Shown one piece after another: positions 22,589-32,416 of a stretch of DNA of 64,000 nucleotides. This DNA comes from an uncultured archaeon (GTDB lineage Archaea > Thermoproteota > Bathyarchaeia > Bathyarchaeales > Bathycorpusculaceae), in NCBI GenBank assembly GCA_963782915.1, contig CAWALK010000019.1, forward strand, positions 32,001-96,000. Reading direction: 5' to 3'. Below the pieces are notes generated by a model. The model worked only from the letters and a program-made list of their open reading frames with translations, did not search any database and was not told the DNA's origin. Position numbers and translations under genes: made by a program. Numbering within the stretch: position 1 is the first letter of the stretch; every line of letters starts with the position of its first letter.

Positions 22589-22933
22589 TTATTCAGTTTT
22601 ATTTGATTGAAGAATTCGGGCGTATGCAATATCGCCAAGTACTGTTAAGTGCTTATCTTTTATCAAACCTAATTCCTCAAGACTTTTAATAACCTCTGGA
22701 TTATCTATTGGCTGTTTTTTTGTTATTTTCATAAATGCCTCCAATAATTTAGGGTTCTCACTTACTAGTCTATACGGTCTGCCTGCCATACTTCTAACGA
22801 AAAGTGGGTACACAGTTAAGGGATTTTCTTTAAATGCATCGTCAATTCCACTTAATCCGTTGGGAACGACAAGCTTTTCGAAGTTAATATCGTATGCACC
22901 GCGGAAGGCTGATTGCCAAGCATCAACCCAATG
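22589..22933 (-). pseudogene. 5'-truncated gene remnant (C-terminal wHTH-like fragment)
   Basis: The frame is open from 22933 (HWVDAWQSAFRGAYDINFEK...) with no start codon, directly after a TAA; AT-rich; ends LEELGLIKDKHLTVLG. Confidence 0.5.
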
Positions 22934-23131
22934 TTAACGCCTATACTCAAAGCTAAAGCAACAAGCAAAACAACAATCAACCCAATCCAAAGCCTGCGCA
23001 TAAAAAACCATTGAGCAGCGCCGCCTTATATCGTCTCCGAATAATGCTCTTCAGCGTAGATTAGCAAGACGCTTAGTCTAGGGACACACGTGCCCTGATT
23101 AACGAACCGAAAAGCCAATGTAGCCAAAGCA

Positions 23132-23271
23132 CTGTTGCTTTGCCGAGGTACTCCCCTCCCCTATATATAGATTAAACCGTAAGTTCAACTCATGATTGCT
23201 TTTATCCGATATGAATCTGTATCGGATCGCATGATTTTTGAGTTATCCGATATGAAATAGTATCGGATAGC
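23132..23271 (+). repeat. Right copy of the ~125-bp direct repeat (motif A core plus palindromes 23203..23227 and 23244..23269)
   Basis: cccctatatatagattaaaccgtaagttcaac...tatccgatatgaatctgtatcggat...tatccgatatgaaatagtatcggata. Confidence 0.9.
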
Positions 23272-23592
23272 AAACCACCGCAACCCGCTCAATCGCTTAG
23301 GCTACTTCCAAGACATAAGAACATGGATACCTTGCCTAAACATGCAATATTCCGAAAACAAGGGAGTAACCGAAAAGCGCGTAGAGAGAGCTAATTTTAA
23401 TCCTCCATAAACAAGCTTATATGCCATAAAATAAACAAATATCGCCCAGCAACAATATACTGTATTCAAGATAAAGCACATAAGCAGCCGCTAAGAGACC
23501 ATCAAAAACGCTCAAAACGACGGCTGTTTCTTCGTTTTGTTTAAATATGAGTATTATGACTATGCATGTGCAAAAAGAAGGAATAATTTAGA

Positions 23593-24033
23593 ATGGGTTC
23601 CAAGTCACCAAGAGGCGAGTTTGCCGCAAGGCAATTAGCAAAGAAACGGAAGAACTTCCGTTGGCACGATAGGTACTTTAACCGACGCATGCTTATGCTC
23701 GACGAAAAAGTTGACCCCATGCAGGGCGCACCCCAAAGCCGGGGCATCGTTCTCGAGAAAGTAGGTGTCGAATCTAAACAGCCCAACAGCGCCATTCGCA
23801 AATGTGTCCGCACACAACTCATCAAAAACGGCAGAACCATCACCGCTTTCCTACCCGGAGACGGTGCACTCAACGTGGTTGATGAACACGACGAAGTAGT
23901 CGTGGAAGGCATCGGCGGTACAAGAGGCGGCGCTATGGGAGACATTCCAGGTGTTAGATGGAAGGTCGTTATGGTTAACGGCGTTTCACTTAACGAACTC
24001 GTCTACGGACGTAAACAGAAACCAGCAAGGTAA
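23593..24033 (+). CDS. rps12: 30S ribosomal protein S12 (uS12)
   Basis: [33 protein letters not shown]. Confidence 0.98.
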   Translation: MGSKSPRGEFAARQLAKKRKNFRWHDRYFNRRMLMLDEKVDPMQGAPQSRGIVLEKVGVESKQPNSAIRKCVRTQLIKNGRTITAFLPGDGALNVVDEHDEVVVEGIGGTRGGAMGDIPGVRWKVVMVNGVSLNELVYGRKQKPAR

Positions 24034-24038
24034 TAATT

Positions 24039-24635
24039 ATGTCACAAACAACCACATCTGTAGCTACACCACAAGAAATCAAGCTCTTCCAAAAATGGAG
24101 CTTCAAAGACGTCACAGTAAAAGACATCGGACTACAAAGATACCTCAACTTAACACCCATGGTTGAACCCCACAGTATGGGACGCCATGAACACCAAAGA
24201 TTCCGCAAATCCAAAGTCAACATCGTCGAACGCTTAATCAACGGCATGATGCGCGGCGGCAAAAACGCAGGCAAAAAAGCCAAAGCAACAAACTTCGTCA
24301 AAGAAGCCTTCGAAATCATCAACACAAAATCAGGCAAAAACCCAATCGAAGTCCTCGTACAAGCAGTAGAGAACTGTGCACCATGCGAAGACACAACAAG
24401 AGTCAGCTACGGTGGAGTCGTCTATCACCTATCAGTCGACGTTGCACCACAACGCAGAATTGACCTCGCAATACGCCATATCACAGCAGGCGCAAAAGCA
24501 TCCTCAGCCAACACACCAAAAAGCATCCAAGAAACCATCGCCGACGAATTAACACTTGCAGCAGCCAAAGACATCAAATCCGCAGGCGTTGCTAAACGCA
24601 ACGAAATCGAAAGAGTTGCCCAATCAAGCAGATAA
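24039..24635 (+). CDS. rps7: 30S ribosomal protein S7 (uS7)
   Basis: KLFQKW, NIVERLIN, YGGVVYHLSVDVAPQRR, ERVAQSSR. Confidence 0.98.
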   Translation: MSQTTTSVATPQEIKLFQKWSFKDVTVKDIGLQRYLNLTPMVEPHSMGRHEHQRFRKSKVNIVERLINGMMRGGKNAGKKAKATNFVKEAFEIINTKSGKNPIEVLVQAVENCAPCEDTTRVSYGGVVYHLSVDVAPQRRIDLAIRHITAGAKASSANTPKSIQETIADELTLAAAKDIKSAGVAKRNEIERVAQSSR

Positions 24636-24686
24636 GCAACCAACCTTCCCCCTTAATATCAAAATTTTAATTTTTATTTATTTTTT

Positions 24687-24869
24687 TTAGGCATAGAGTT
24701 TACGCTCTCGATGAATCGTCTCAGCAACCAAACTCAAATCCTTAGCATAATCCATCAGAGCAGTCCGCAGCATCTCACTCTCACTAGTCCCCAGCCGCCT
24801 GGCTAATTCACATAAAATAGATTTCTGCTCTTTACTGAGCACTACCTTTACTACACATTTACGCGCCAT
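24687..24869 (-). CDS. Ribbon-helix-helix (CopG-like) protein
   Basis: VVKVVLSKEQ...LARRLGTSESEMLRTAL; GGAGAGG SD upstream. Confidence 0.7.
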   Translation of the reverse strand: MARKCVVKVVLSKEQKSILCELARRLGTSESEMLRTALMDYAKDLSLVAETIHRERKLYA

Positions 24870-25015
24870 CCTCTCCTCCCCTCTCCCACAATTTGCCTAT
24901 TCAAGAACCGACGAATAATATGCTATACCCAAAGGCAACCTACGCATCGAAGGCGTATATATGAAGATTCTTACCGCTTCAATAAGGCGATTTGAATCGT
25001 ACAACACAGCTACAA

Positions 25016-26206
25016 CTAGGCGATTTTCGCGTGAATCTCCACAATGTCGCCATCATCCAACACGAAGCTGGTGCCAACCTTTTTGGGGCTAAACGGCAGG
25101 CGCTTGGCCCAGACCATGGCAAACATGAAATTCATCAAGAGCTCCTTGTGGATGTTTTTGGCTAACTCGTTTATGGTAGCGCCTTTTCGCAGGGCAAAGG
25201 GGTGGTCACTGTGCGCTTTGGAACCGGGTTCTTTGGTGTAGATTCGAATGATTCCGAGTGATTCGAAGATTGCTTTTCCTAATTGTTCCATGCCAAGTTT
25301 ATTTTGACACGACATGGGCACTATGGGTAATTTGCCGTCTACGTGGGCTTTGAGGATCGCCAAGTTTTTTTGTGCACCCGGCAAATCCAGTTTGTTAGCA
25401 ACAATCACCGCAGGCTTGTAAATCGTGTTTTCGTAGATTGCGTCTTCCACATCGCTCAAGGCTACGGCGCCGCTGATGCGAACGATGGCATCGTTGATTC
25501 TATAGCTCCTCAAAAGCTCCTCAACATCACGCAAACTGCAATTAATCAATCTGCCCACAATAATGACTCTGAGCCGTGAACCAGCAGCGCGCCTCTCAAT
25601 ATCTACCCGTCCACCACTGGGCTTAGTTACAAGCAAGCGGGTCTTCTCCAACTCAGCCAAAATTAATTCTAATTGCTCAACGGGGTCACGGCCTAAATCA
25701 AGCATCAAAACTACGCCGTCAGCATTACGCGCCAACCCCAACGTAACGTTACCGCCCGCTTTACCCTCAGCTGCGCCTTCCATAACGGCGGGGGCTTCCA
25801 CAATCTGGAACTGAACATCCTTAAAACTCATGATGCCCGGCACAGGTTCATGGGTGCTAAAAGGCGTCGGAGTCACACGCACTTTACTGTTTGTGGTTGC
25901 ATTCATCAAGCAGCTTTTACCCACATTAGTCATGCCAACCAATGCAACCTGCGCTGAAGCGGCTTTTTCAATGAAAAGTTTGGGTCCACCGCTACTCTTG
26001 CCCGTGCCCATCCGCTTCTTTTTATCCAAGTCATCGCGGATAAGCGCGATTTTGCGGTTCATTTCACCGCGGAGCTTCATGGTGCCCTTGTGATGCGGAA
26101 CAAACTTTAGGAACTCTATCATCGCATCCATTTTTTCTTTGGGCGTACGGGCGGCTTCTACATCTTCCCATTTGTCCATTGCTTCAGGCGGCAAATTAGT
26201 TGGCAT
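25016..26206 (-). CDS. DRG/OBG-family GTPase with TGS domain
   Basis: MPTNLPPEA start, G1 GMTNVGKS, G4 NKLD, C-terminal IRIYTK...LDDGDIVEIH. Confidence 0.92.
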   Translation of the reverse strand: MPTNLPPEAMDKWEDVEAARTPKEKMDAMIEFLKFVPHHKGTMKLRGEMNRKIALIRDDLDKKKRMGTGKSSGGPKLFIEKAASAQVALVGMTNVGKSCLMNATTNSKVRVTPTPFSTHEPVPGIMSFKDVQFQIVEAPAVMEGAAEGKAGGNVTLGLARNADGVVLMLDLGRDPVEQLELILAELEKTRLLVTKPSGGRVDIERRAAGSRLRVIIVGRLINCSLRDVEELLRSYRINDAIVRISGAVALSDVEDAIYENTIYKPAVIVANKLDLPGAQKNLAILKAHVDGKLPIVPMSCQNKLGMEQLGKAIFESLGIIRIYTKEPGSKAHSDHPFALRKGATINELAKNIHKELLMNFMFAMVWAKRLPFSPKKVGTSFVLDDGDIVEIHAKIA

Positions 26207-26393
26207 GTAAACTTCGCTGATAGATACGCAGAATCGAGTTTAAGACTATTTCTACCGTTGTGGCATTGTTTTTGCCAGAATCGTTGGAGTCACTGTTTGT
26301 GGCATCGCTTTGTTACAACAAACCTGTAATAGGAGGACAAGCGATGAAGAGGTTGTACTTCCAAATTGTTATTTTGCGAGTCCGAACGAGTAA

Positions 26394-27663
26394 ATGAAAT
26401 TTTACGTGAAATCAGCAATAGTGCTATGCGTTATCTTAGTCTCTACGCTTTTCACCATCTCTGCCCTAGAATTCATCAACCCCACCTCAGCCTCAACAGC
26501 ACCCGCATTACATGTTTCAGGCAACCAAATCCTCGACACCAACGGCAACACCATTACACTCCGAGGCATAGGCCGCGCAGGCGACATAGAATCCGCCTCA
26601 GGCATGTGGTCAGGACCAGACCAAACCGTTTTTGCATGGGACCAAAAATGGTACCCCATAAGCAACAACATCGAATCGATGGATGCCACTTTCAAATGCT
26701 ACCAAGAAACCTGGAAAGCCAACATGATACGGGTCTTCGTCAACGTAAACTGGTACTGGCAAAACAACGTAACTGCAAGCATAGAAGACCCCAACAACTA
26801 CCCCGCTTGGACAACCCCAATTAGCTACCAAAACTACGTAACCACAGTTGTGTCGGAAGCAGCAAAATACGGCATATACGTCGATGTCTGCCCATATCAA
26901 TTAACCAGCGGCTATGAGAACGGCAACGGCGGAGGCGCACAAGGCTTGCCGCTTTGCGGCTGGGACGAAGCAGGCACAAGCTTCCTCGCAAGCACAAAAT
27001 TGTCCGAAAAAACTTTTTGGAGCCAATTCTGGACTCTTATGGCAAATAACCTCAAAGACTACCCCAACGCCATATTCGAAGCATGGAATGAACCCCAAAA
27101 CACCGGAACCGACCCCATAACCCCCGAATACCTAACACTACCTAACAACAATGTACAACGCCGTAAGAAATGTAACATCACAGAACCTGATTTTTATGCA
27201 ATGGAACGCTGGTTACATCCCCAACTACAACGACCTAAGCTGGTGCCAACAAATAAGCAACGCCATACCCAACGCCGCTAACTTAGTCTATACCACTCAC
27301 GCATATCGGCATTCACCCTACTTTAACTATCAATGGGAAACAACCTCTCCTAATGTGCAATCACAATTAACCCTCGCAATAGAAAGCATGGGCATAAAGG
27401 CTCCTCTGTTGATTAATGAAGCAGCCAGCTGCAAATCATACGTACCACCTTCAGATGTTCAGAACGAATTAGACTGGTGGACAGCACTAAACAATGCAAC
27501 CCGAAACTTGGGAATTGGGTTAACCGCCTACTACTGGATGTCTGATAATGACCTTGGACCCGTATTCGAGGGGGAAGCATTACTGACGGGATATTGGGTT
27601 AATGGCACGGCTTCACCTGTGCCTAACCAGCTGGGTGAAATCTTCCTCAAATACTCCAAGTAA
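26394..27663 (+). CDS. Secreted GH5-like glycoside hydrolase (frameshift near 27140)
   Basis: Signal peptide, LHVSGNQILDTNG..LRG, acid/base WNEP, HAY, nucleophile INEA. Confidence 0.85.
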
Positions 27664-27668
27664 TAGAA

Positions 27669-28688
27669 CTACAATAGCGTCTTTATTTGCGGTATCACTT
27701 TCTCCTTATAAAACCGGAAGAATTCCTCTTGATTAGGACCGATATTGTGTACTGATACTTTTTTGAAGCCAGCATCAAGATAGGTTTTGATTGCTTCCAG
27801 ATGCCTCTTGGGATCCGCTCCGCAAGCCACATCCACAGTCGCCTGCTCCTCCGTCACCAAAGAAGCAGTTGCCTCAAAAAACTTAGGCACCGGCAACTCC
27901 CGATCTAACTCCCCGGGTATCCCCGTTATAGGCCACTGCTTATGTGCAATCTTTTTCGCTTCAGCCTCAGTCGATGCAAAACAGGCGGTGGATTGGCAAT
28001 ACAGCGGCAAATTCTCGCCTGCCTCCTCCTTAAACTCTTTAATGAAGGCGCCGTTGGGTGTTGTGCTCATTAAGCCGTCGCCTATTTCACCCGCAGTTCT
28101 AGCCATCTTCGGACCCTCAGCCGCCACTATAACCGGTATAGGATTCTCTGGTAAAGTGTAGATTCTGGCGTTTTCCACAACATAGAAACTGCCATAGTAA
28201 CTGGTATTCTTACCCAGCCACAGTTCACGGATAATCTCCAACGCCTCCATTAGCATGTCACTTCGGATTTCATGCGGCGGCCACTTTGACCCTAAAATAT
28301 GTTCATTTAAGTTTTCGCCTGTGCCCACACCTAAGAAGAAACGGTCGGGCATCATCGAAGCCGCCGTCGCCGCTGCCTGCGCTATAATGGCTGGATGAAT
28401 ACGTGTGGTAGGGCAGGTGACGGCTGTACCTAACCGCAGTTTCTTGGTCGCATGTGCGATTCCGCCGATGGTTGCCCAAACAAAAGGGCTATTCCCTTCC
28501 TGGCTAGTCCAGGGATGATAATGATCAGAGATAGTGGCAAAAGTGAAGCCTGCATCCTCCGCCAACTGCGCATAACGTACTAAATCGTTGGGTCGATGCT
28601 CCTCAGACATCAAAGAGTACCCAAGCTCAACCTCGTCAGGGTCAACATCCTTCATTTTAACATGAGACAACCCAAAAACACCATCCAT
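27669..28688 (-). CDS. F420-dependent LLM-class oxidoreductase (TIGR03557-like)
   Basis: SEEH, SDHYHPW, TCPTTRIHPAIIAQAAAT, GTGENLNEH. Confidence 0.92.
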   Translation of the reverse strand: MDGVFGLSHVKMKDVDPDEVELGYSLMSEEHRPNDLVRYAQLAEDAGFTFATISDHYHPWTSQEGNSPFVWATIGGIAHATKKLRLGTAVTCPTTRIHPAIIAQAAATAASMMPDRFFLGVGTGENLNEHILGSKWPPHEIRSDMLMEALEIIRELWLGKNTSYYGSFYVVENARIYTLPENPIPVIVAAEGPKMARTAGEIGDGLMSTTPNGAFIKEFKEEAGENLPLYCQSTACFASTEAEAKKIAHKQWPITGIPGELDRELPVPKFFEATASLVTEEQATVDVACGADPKRHLEAIKTYLDAGFKKVSVHNIGPNQEEFFRFYKEKVIPQIKTLL

Positions 28689-28861
28689 ACTGGGCTAAAA
28701 AGCGCGATATAAACAATGGTTTATGTGCTCTCACAATCACATCGCTATGGGCTAAGAGAGTTATGCTTTCACTCTTTAGTGGGTATGGTGGCACAGTCAC
28801 AAAATAATATATGCTCGGTTAGGCTGCTAGAACCTGATTTTTAGGCAGGTGAAAAAACTAG

Positions 28862-29998
28862 ATGAAATTATCATTAAAATTAGCCTTATCACTATGTATA
28901 TTATCCCTCTGCTTATCCCTCTCAGCGGTGTCTGCACAAACCGCTAACATCAACAGCGTAAATAGCCCAACCTCAACCAACCTAAATGCAGTCTGCATCG
29001 TAAACAACGTCACCAGCAGCGGCAACGATCTTACAAAGCTTAACGCTTGGGCAGTCGGCGACAGCGGAACCATTGTACAATGGAATGGAAACTCATGGAC
29101 AACCGTGAATAGCCCCACCACGATGAACCTCTACTCAGTAGTGTTTACCACTGCAACAGACGGCTGGGCAGTAGGCGGTAGCAGCAGCCAAGGCATCATC
29201 CTCCACTACAACGGCACATGGAGCGAATGGACACGAATCAGCTTCACCGGATTCACAGACAAATTCGACACAGTCAACGACACCCTCTACGGAGTAACCG
29301 TTGATACCAACGGCAATAATGGCTGGATTGTAGGCGCAGGCGGAGTGACACTCAACTGGAACGGAGATACCTGGTTCGGTTTAATGGGTTCCTCTCCTAA
29401 TACCATGCGAGGTGTTGCTATGATTCACGACTCAGCAGAAGCATGGGCAGTCGGAGATGCAGGCGCAATCATGCATTGGACCGGAACCGCATGGGAATCC
29501 ATGACAAGCCCCACAAACATGCCACTAAACACAATCCAAATGGTCAATGCCAACACTGGCTTTGCAGCAGGCGGCAGCAATAACCAAGGCACAGTACTCC
29601 AATTCAGTGGTTCATCATGGCAACCCGTTACGAGCTTCGTCTTCGGAGCCGGCGGAGCAACCGTTTCAACAGTTAACTCAACAATTTATTCAATGACTAT
29701 TGGAAACGCAACATCAGCATGGGCTTGTGGCAGCAACGGATTGGTAATGTACTGGACTGGCACTAACTGGGAATGCAACGCCAACATAGCATCCGGCAAC
29801 TTGAAAGGCATCTCAATGGTCCATGATTCTCTGATACAAGCGTGGGTTGTAGGTGACTCAGGTAAAATCATGGCTTTCAACGGCACAAGCTGGGTTCCAG
29901 AACTACCAATAATGGCAATACCTCTAATTCTGGCAGTAGGTTTGCTGGTTGCTGTCTTTGCGAAATCAAAGCTTTTCAAAAAACCCCTCATTCTTTAG
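28862..29998 (+). CDS. Secreted beta-propeller repeat protein with VPE-type C-terminal sorting signal
   Basis: Signal peptide; about 7 W(A/I/V)VGxxG..W.G..W repeats; ends VPELP + TM + basic tail. Confidence 0.8.
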   Translation: MKLSLKLALSLCILSLCLSLSAVSAQTANINSVNSPTSTNLNAVCIVNNVTSSGNDLTKLNAWAVGDSGTIVQWNGNSWTTVNSPTTMNLYSVVFTTATDGWAVGGSSSQGIILHYNGTWSEWTRISFTGFTDKFDTVNDTLYGVTVDTNGNNGWIVGAGGVTLNWNGDTWFGLMGSSPNTMRGVAMIHDSAEAWAVGDAGAIMHWTGTAWESMTSPTNMPLNTIQMVNANTGFAAGGSNNQGTVLQFSGSSWQPVTSFVFGAGGATVSTVNSTIYSMTIGNATSAWACGSNGLVMYWTGTNWECNANIASGNLKGISMVHDSLIQAWVVGDSGKIMAFNGTSWVPELPIMAIPLILAVGLLVAVFAKSKLFKKPLIL

Positions 29999-30043
29999 AA
30001 TCTTTATCCCTTTTTTCCTTTTTTTGAGCATCGAGATAATTTT

Positions 30044-31381
30044 ATGCACAAGCCAACGTTCAATTCTGATTTTTTAGCGGTTACTTTAAGTGTTCTGGTA
30101 CAGATTCCTTTAGCCATCTTTTTAGGACACTACTACGACCAAACAATTTTTTTACAAACAGGCTACCTTGTAGGTTCAGGCTTAAACCCATATCAACCGC
30201 ACGCAATCACTGTATTTTCTAATCCATACCTAACAGGTGTTAACTCAATTATCGGGTACCCGCCGCCTTGGACGTTTCTCTTAGGATTAATTTACCGTTC
30301 AACATACGCCTTAACCCCGAACATTTTCCTCTACAACTTCGCCACAAAAATCCCCATCATCGCCGGCAACATCGCCCTAGCATACGCAACCAAAACCATC
30401 ATGGAACAACAAAACATGCCCCAGAAAGCAGTGCGTTTCGCATGGCTTTTTCTACTATTCAACCCCTTCACGCTATTAACCACGGCTGCTTGGGGAGAAT
30501 TCGACACAACAGTCGCCCTCCTATGCGTAGCAGGGCTTTATCTTCTAAGCAAAGGCAAACCTGCACAATCAGCCCTACTCTTAGGGCTAAGCTTTGTCCT
30601 AAAACCTATTTCACTACCCCTACTTGGATTACCCCTACTCTATTCTACCCCAAAAAACCGCCAAAAAAACGTCATAGTCACCATAATAATTGCTTCAGTA
30701 GCAGTTGGTCTTTGGTTATTGCCTTTCCCATTGGCAGGCTGGGCTGCACCCGCCTCACTTACTCAAGTGACCTCTTATTTTGGCATGGCTGGCGGTATGA
30801 CCGTCTTTAACGTTATCGATGTCTTCTGGAGAACATCAGCTATGCCTTCGGCAACGTGGTTTCTGGGTTACCTATGGATACCTGCATTGCTGGCTGGATA
30901 TTTTTGGGTTTACCGTAATCCACCAAAAACGCTGGTTTCTCTTTGCCGATGCGCGGTGGTTTTGCTGCTCGTGTTTTTTATTTCCCGCTCATGGCTATCC
31001 GAACAAAACATCAACTTACTCTTCCCATTCATGCTCATACTCGTCGGTTCAGGCACCCTCAAACCCAGAAGCGTGCATCTGACATGGATAATTGCGCTGG
31101 CTTTTCTTGTGCTAAACATGACTCTACCCCAGCTTCTCTTTCTGGTATATCCCCCGATTATTCCACTGAAAGAGGCGTTTGATATCAATTTTGGAGTTGC
31201 TAGGTTATCTGCCCGATTTGCGGTGACACTAGTGTGGTTTCTTGTAGCTTCAGGCATACTGCTTAAAGTCACAGCTAAAAATCATCGGTTTACTACTAGA
31301 AAGAGCCTTAACAATGAATCACCATTAACCTATCGTGGCTCAACAGCAGCCCGCGGCTTTTTTGATGAGGTTCAAACTTGA
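30044..31381 (+). CDS. GT-C fold membrane glycosyltransferase (GT87/PIG-M-like)
   Basis: GHYYD, GYPPPW, LFNPF...WGEFD, LKP; about 11 TM helices. Confidence 0.8.
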   Translation: MHKPTFNSDFLAVTLSVLVQIPLAIFLGHYYDQTIFLQTGYLVGSGLNPYQPHAITVFSNPYLTGVNSIIGYPPPWTFLLGLIYRSTYALTPNIFLYNFATKIPIIAGNIALAYATKTIMEQQNMPQKAVRFAWLFLLFNPFTLLTTAAWGEFDTTVALLCVAGLYLLSKGKPAQSALLLGLSFVLKPISLPLLGLPLLYSTPKNRQKNVIVTIIIASVAVGLWLLPFPLAGWAAPASLTQVTSYFGMAGGMTVFNVIDVFWRTSAMPSATWFLGYLWIPALLAGYFWVYRNPPKTLVSLCRCAVVLLLVFFISRSWLSEQNINLLFPFMLILVGSGTLKPRSVHLTWIIALAFLVLNMTLPQLLFLVYPPIIPLKEAFDINFGVARLSARFAVTLVWFLVASGILLKVTAKNHRFTTRKSLNNESPLTYRGSTAARGFFDEVQT

Positions 31382-32262
31382 ATTCCCCACTTTATTCTTC
31401 GTCAATCAGTCTTCAAGAACCATACACCGTTCCATTAACTGACAGGTTATCTGTGCGGCTCTACAGGGATTGCCGCCCCAGCTGCCTCGAGACAGCGGCG
31501 CTGCAGAAGGGTCTTGTTTTGCTGCTTAATGGTAAAGAGTTGATTGAGGAGGGTGTCGGTTTTGGGGTTCCAGTGGTGAAGTATGCGGATAAAACATTCT
31601 TTTCCAGCACCGCTGAGGTGGCTCTGGAAAGAAGCGGCGCAGGCTACACCCTGACAAAGGCTTTTACCCTAGATACGGTTTCGATGAAAAAACTGGGCAA
31701 CAGCAGCTACATCGACGACAAAATCTATTCATCGCTTCGAAAAACCTTTCAGCTGCTCTACCTTAAACACGGAAAACTCAACCCTGTCTTTAACAAAGTG
31801 ATGGAAATCCGCAACCTATTCAACATAAAAACAGAGTTCCTCAACGTTAAACCAAGAGGCACAATAACAGTAACTTATAACTGCCAACCAAATAAAATCG
31901 ACATAAAGGCAGATTACTCGAATATTTCGCTTAACAGATGCCAAGAAGTCCTTCTGCTTAATGAACAGGGCTCCAGTATTTTCCAAGCATACACTGACAG
32001 TAGCGGAAAGCGATTGGTAGGCAACAAAATCGGTGCATGGGATCGTGTAGTTGCTGACAGGGCGGCTTTGCAAAGCAGCAAAGGTCAACTGGGTTTTAGC
32101 TTGCAAAGCATTGATGGGGCTTCGCTTTTTAGGGGGTATGAGCATACGCGGAAACGGTTTTCTTGGGCAGGCTTAAGTTATTCTCTTAAACCTAGGGATG
32201 GGGCAGTTCATTATTCGATTGCCCTAAATTGCAAACTTAATTCGTCCCTTACCATAGTTTGA
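31378..32262 (+). CDS. Hypothetical beta-rich protein, translationally coupled to the GT-C gene
   Basis: 4-bp overlap; EEGVGFGVPVVKY, LNEQG and WAG motifs. Confidence 0.7.
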   Translation: MNSPLYSSSISLQEPYTVPLTDRLSVRLYRDCRPSCLETAALQKGLVLLLNGKELIEEGVGFGVPVVKYADKTFFSSTAEVALERSGAGYTLTKAFTLDTVSMKKLGNSSYIDDKIYSSLRKTFQLLYLKHGKLNPVFNKVMEIRNLFNIKTEFLNVKPRGTITVTYNCQPNKIDIKADYSNISLNRCQEVLLLNEQGSSIFQAYTDSSGKRLVGNKIGAWDRVVADRAALQSSKGQLGFSLQSIDGASLFRGYEHTRKRFSWAGLSYSLKPRDGAVHYSIALNCKLNSSLTIV

Positions 32263-32416
32263 TAGAAATAAACTGATGCTAAAATAATATATTATCAAAT
32301 ACCAACCAAATTACCCCAATCGAATGCCAGTCAACTGTAGTTTTTTGCGTTGTTTCTTTGCAAACATGGAAAGTTTTTTATGCTTTCTATTCAGAATATG
32401 AACGGGTTAGGTATAG

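Noticed and set aside
21900-22950. Integron attC sites between islet genes
   Set aside because: Isolated TAAC/GTTA words exist, but I could not build a paired attC structure and no integron integrase is present.
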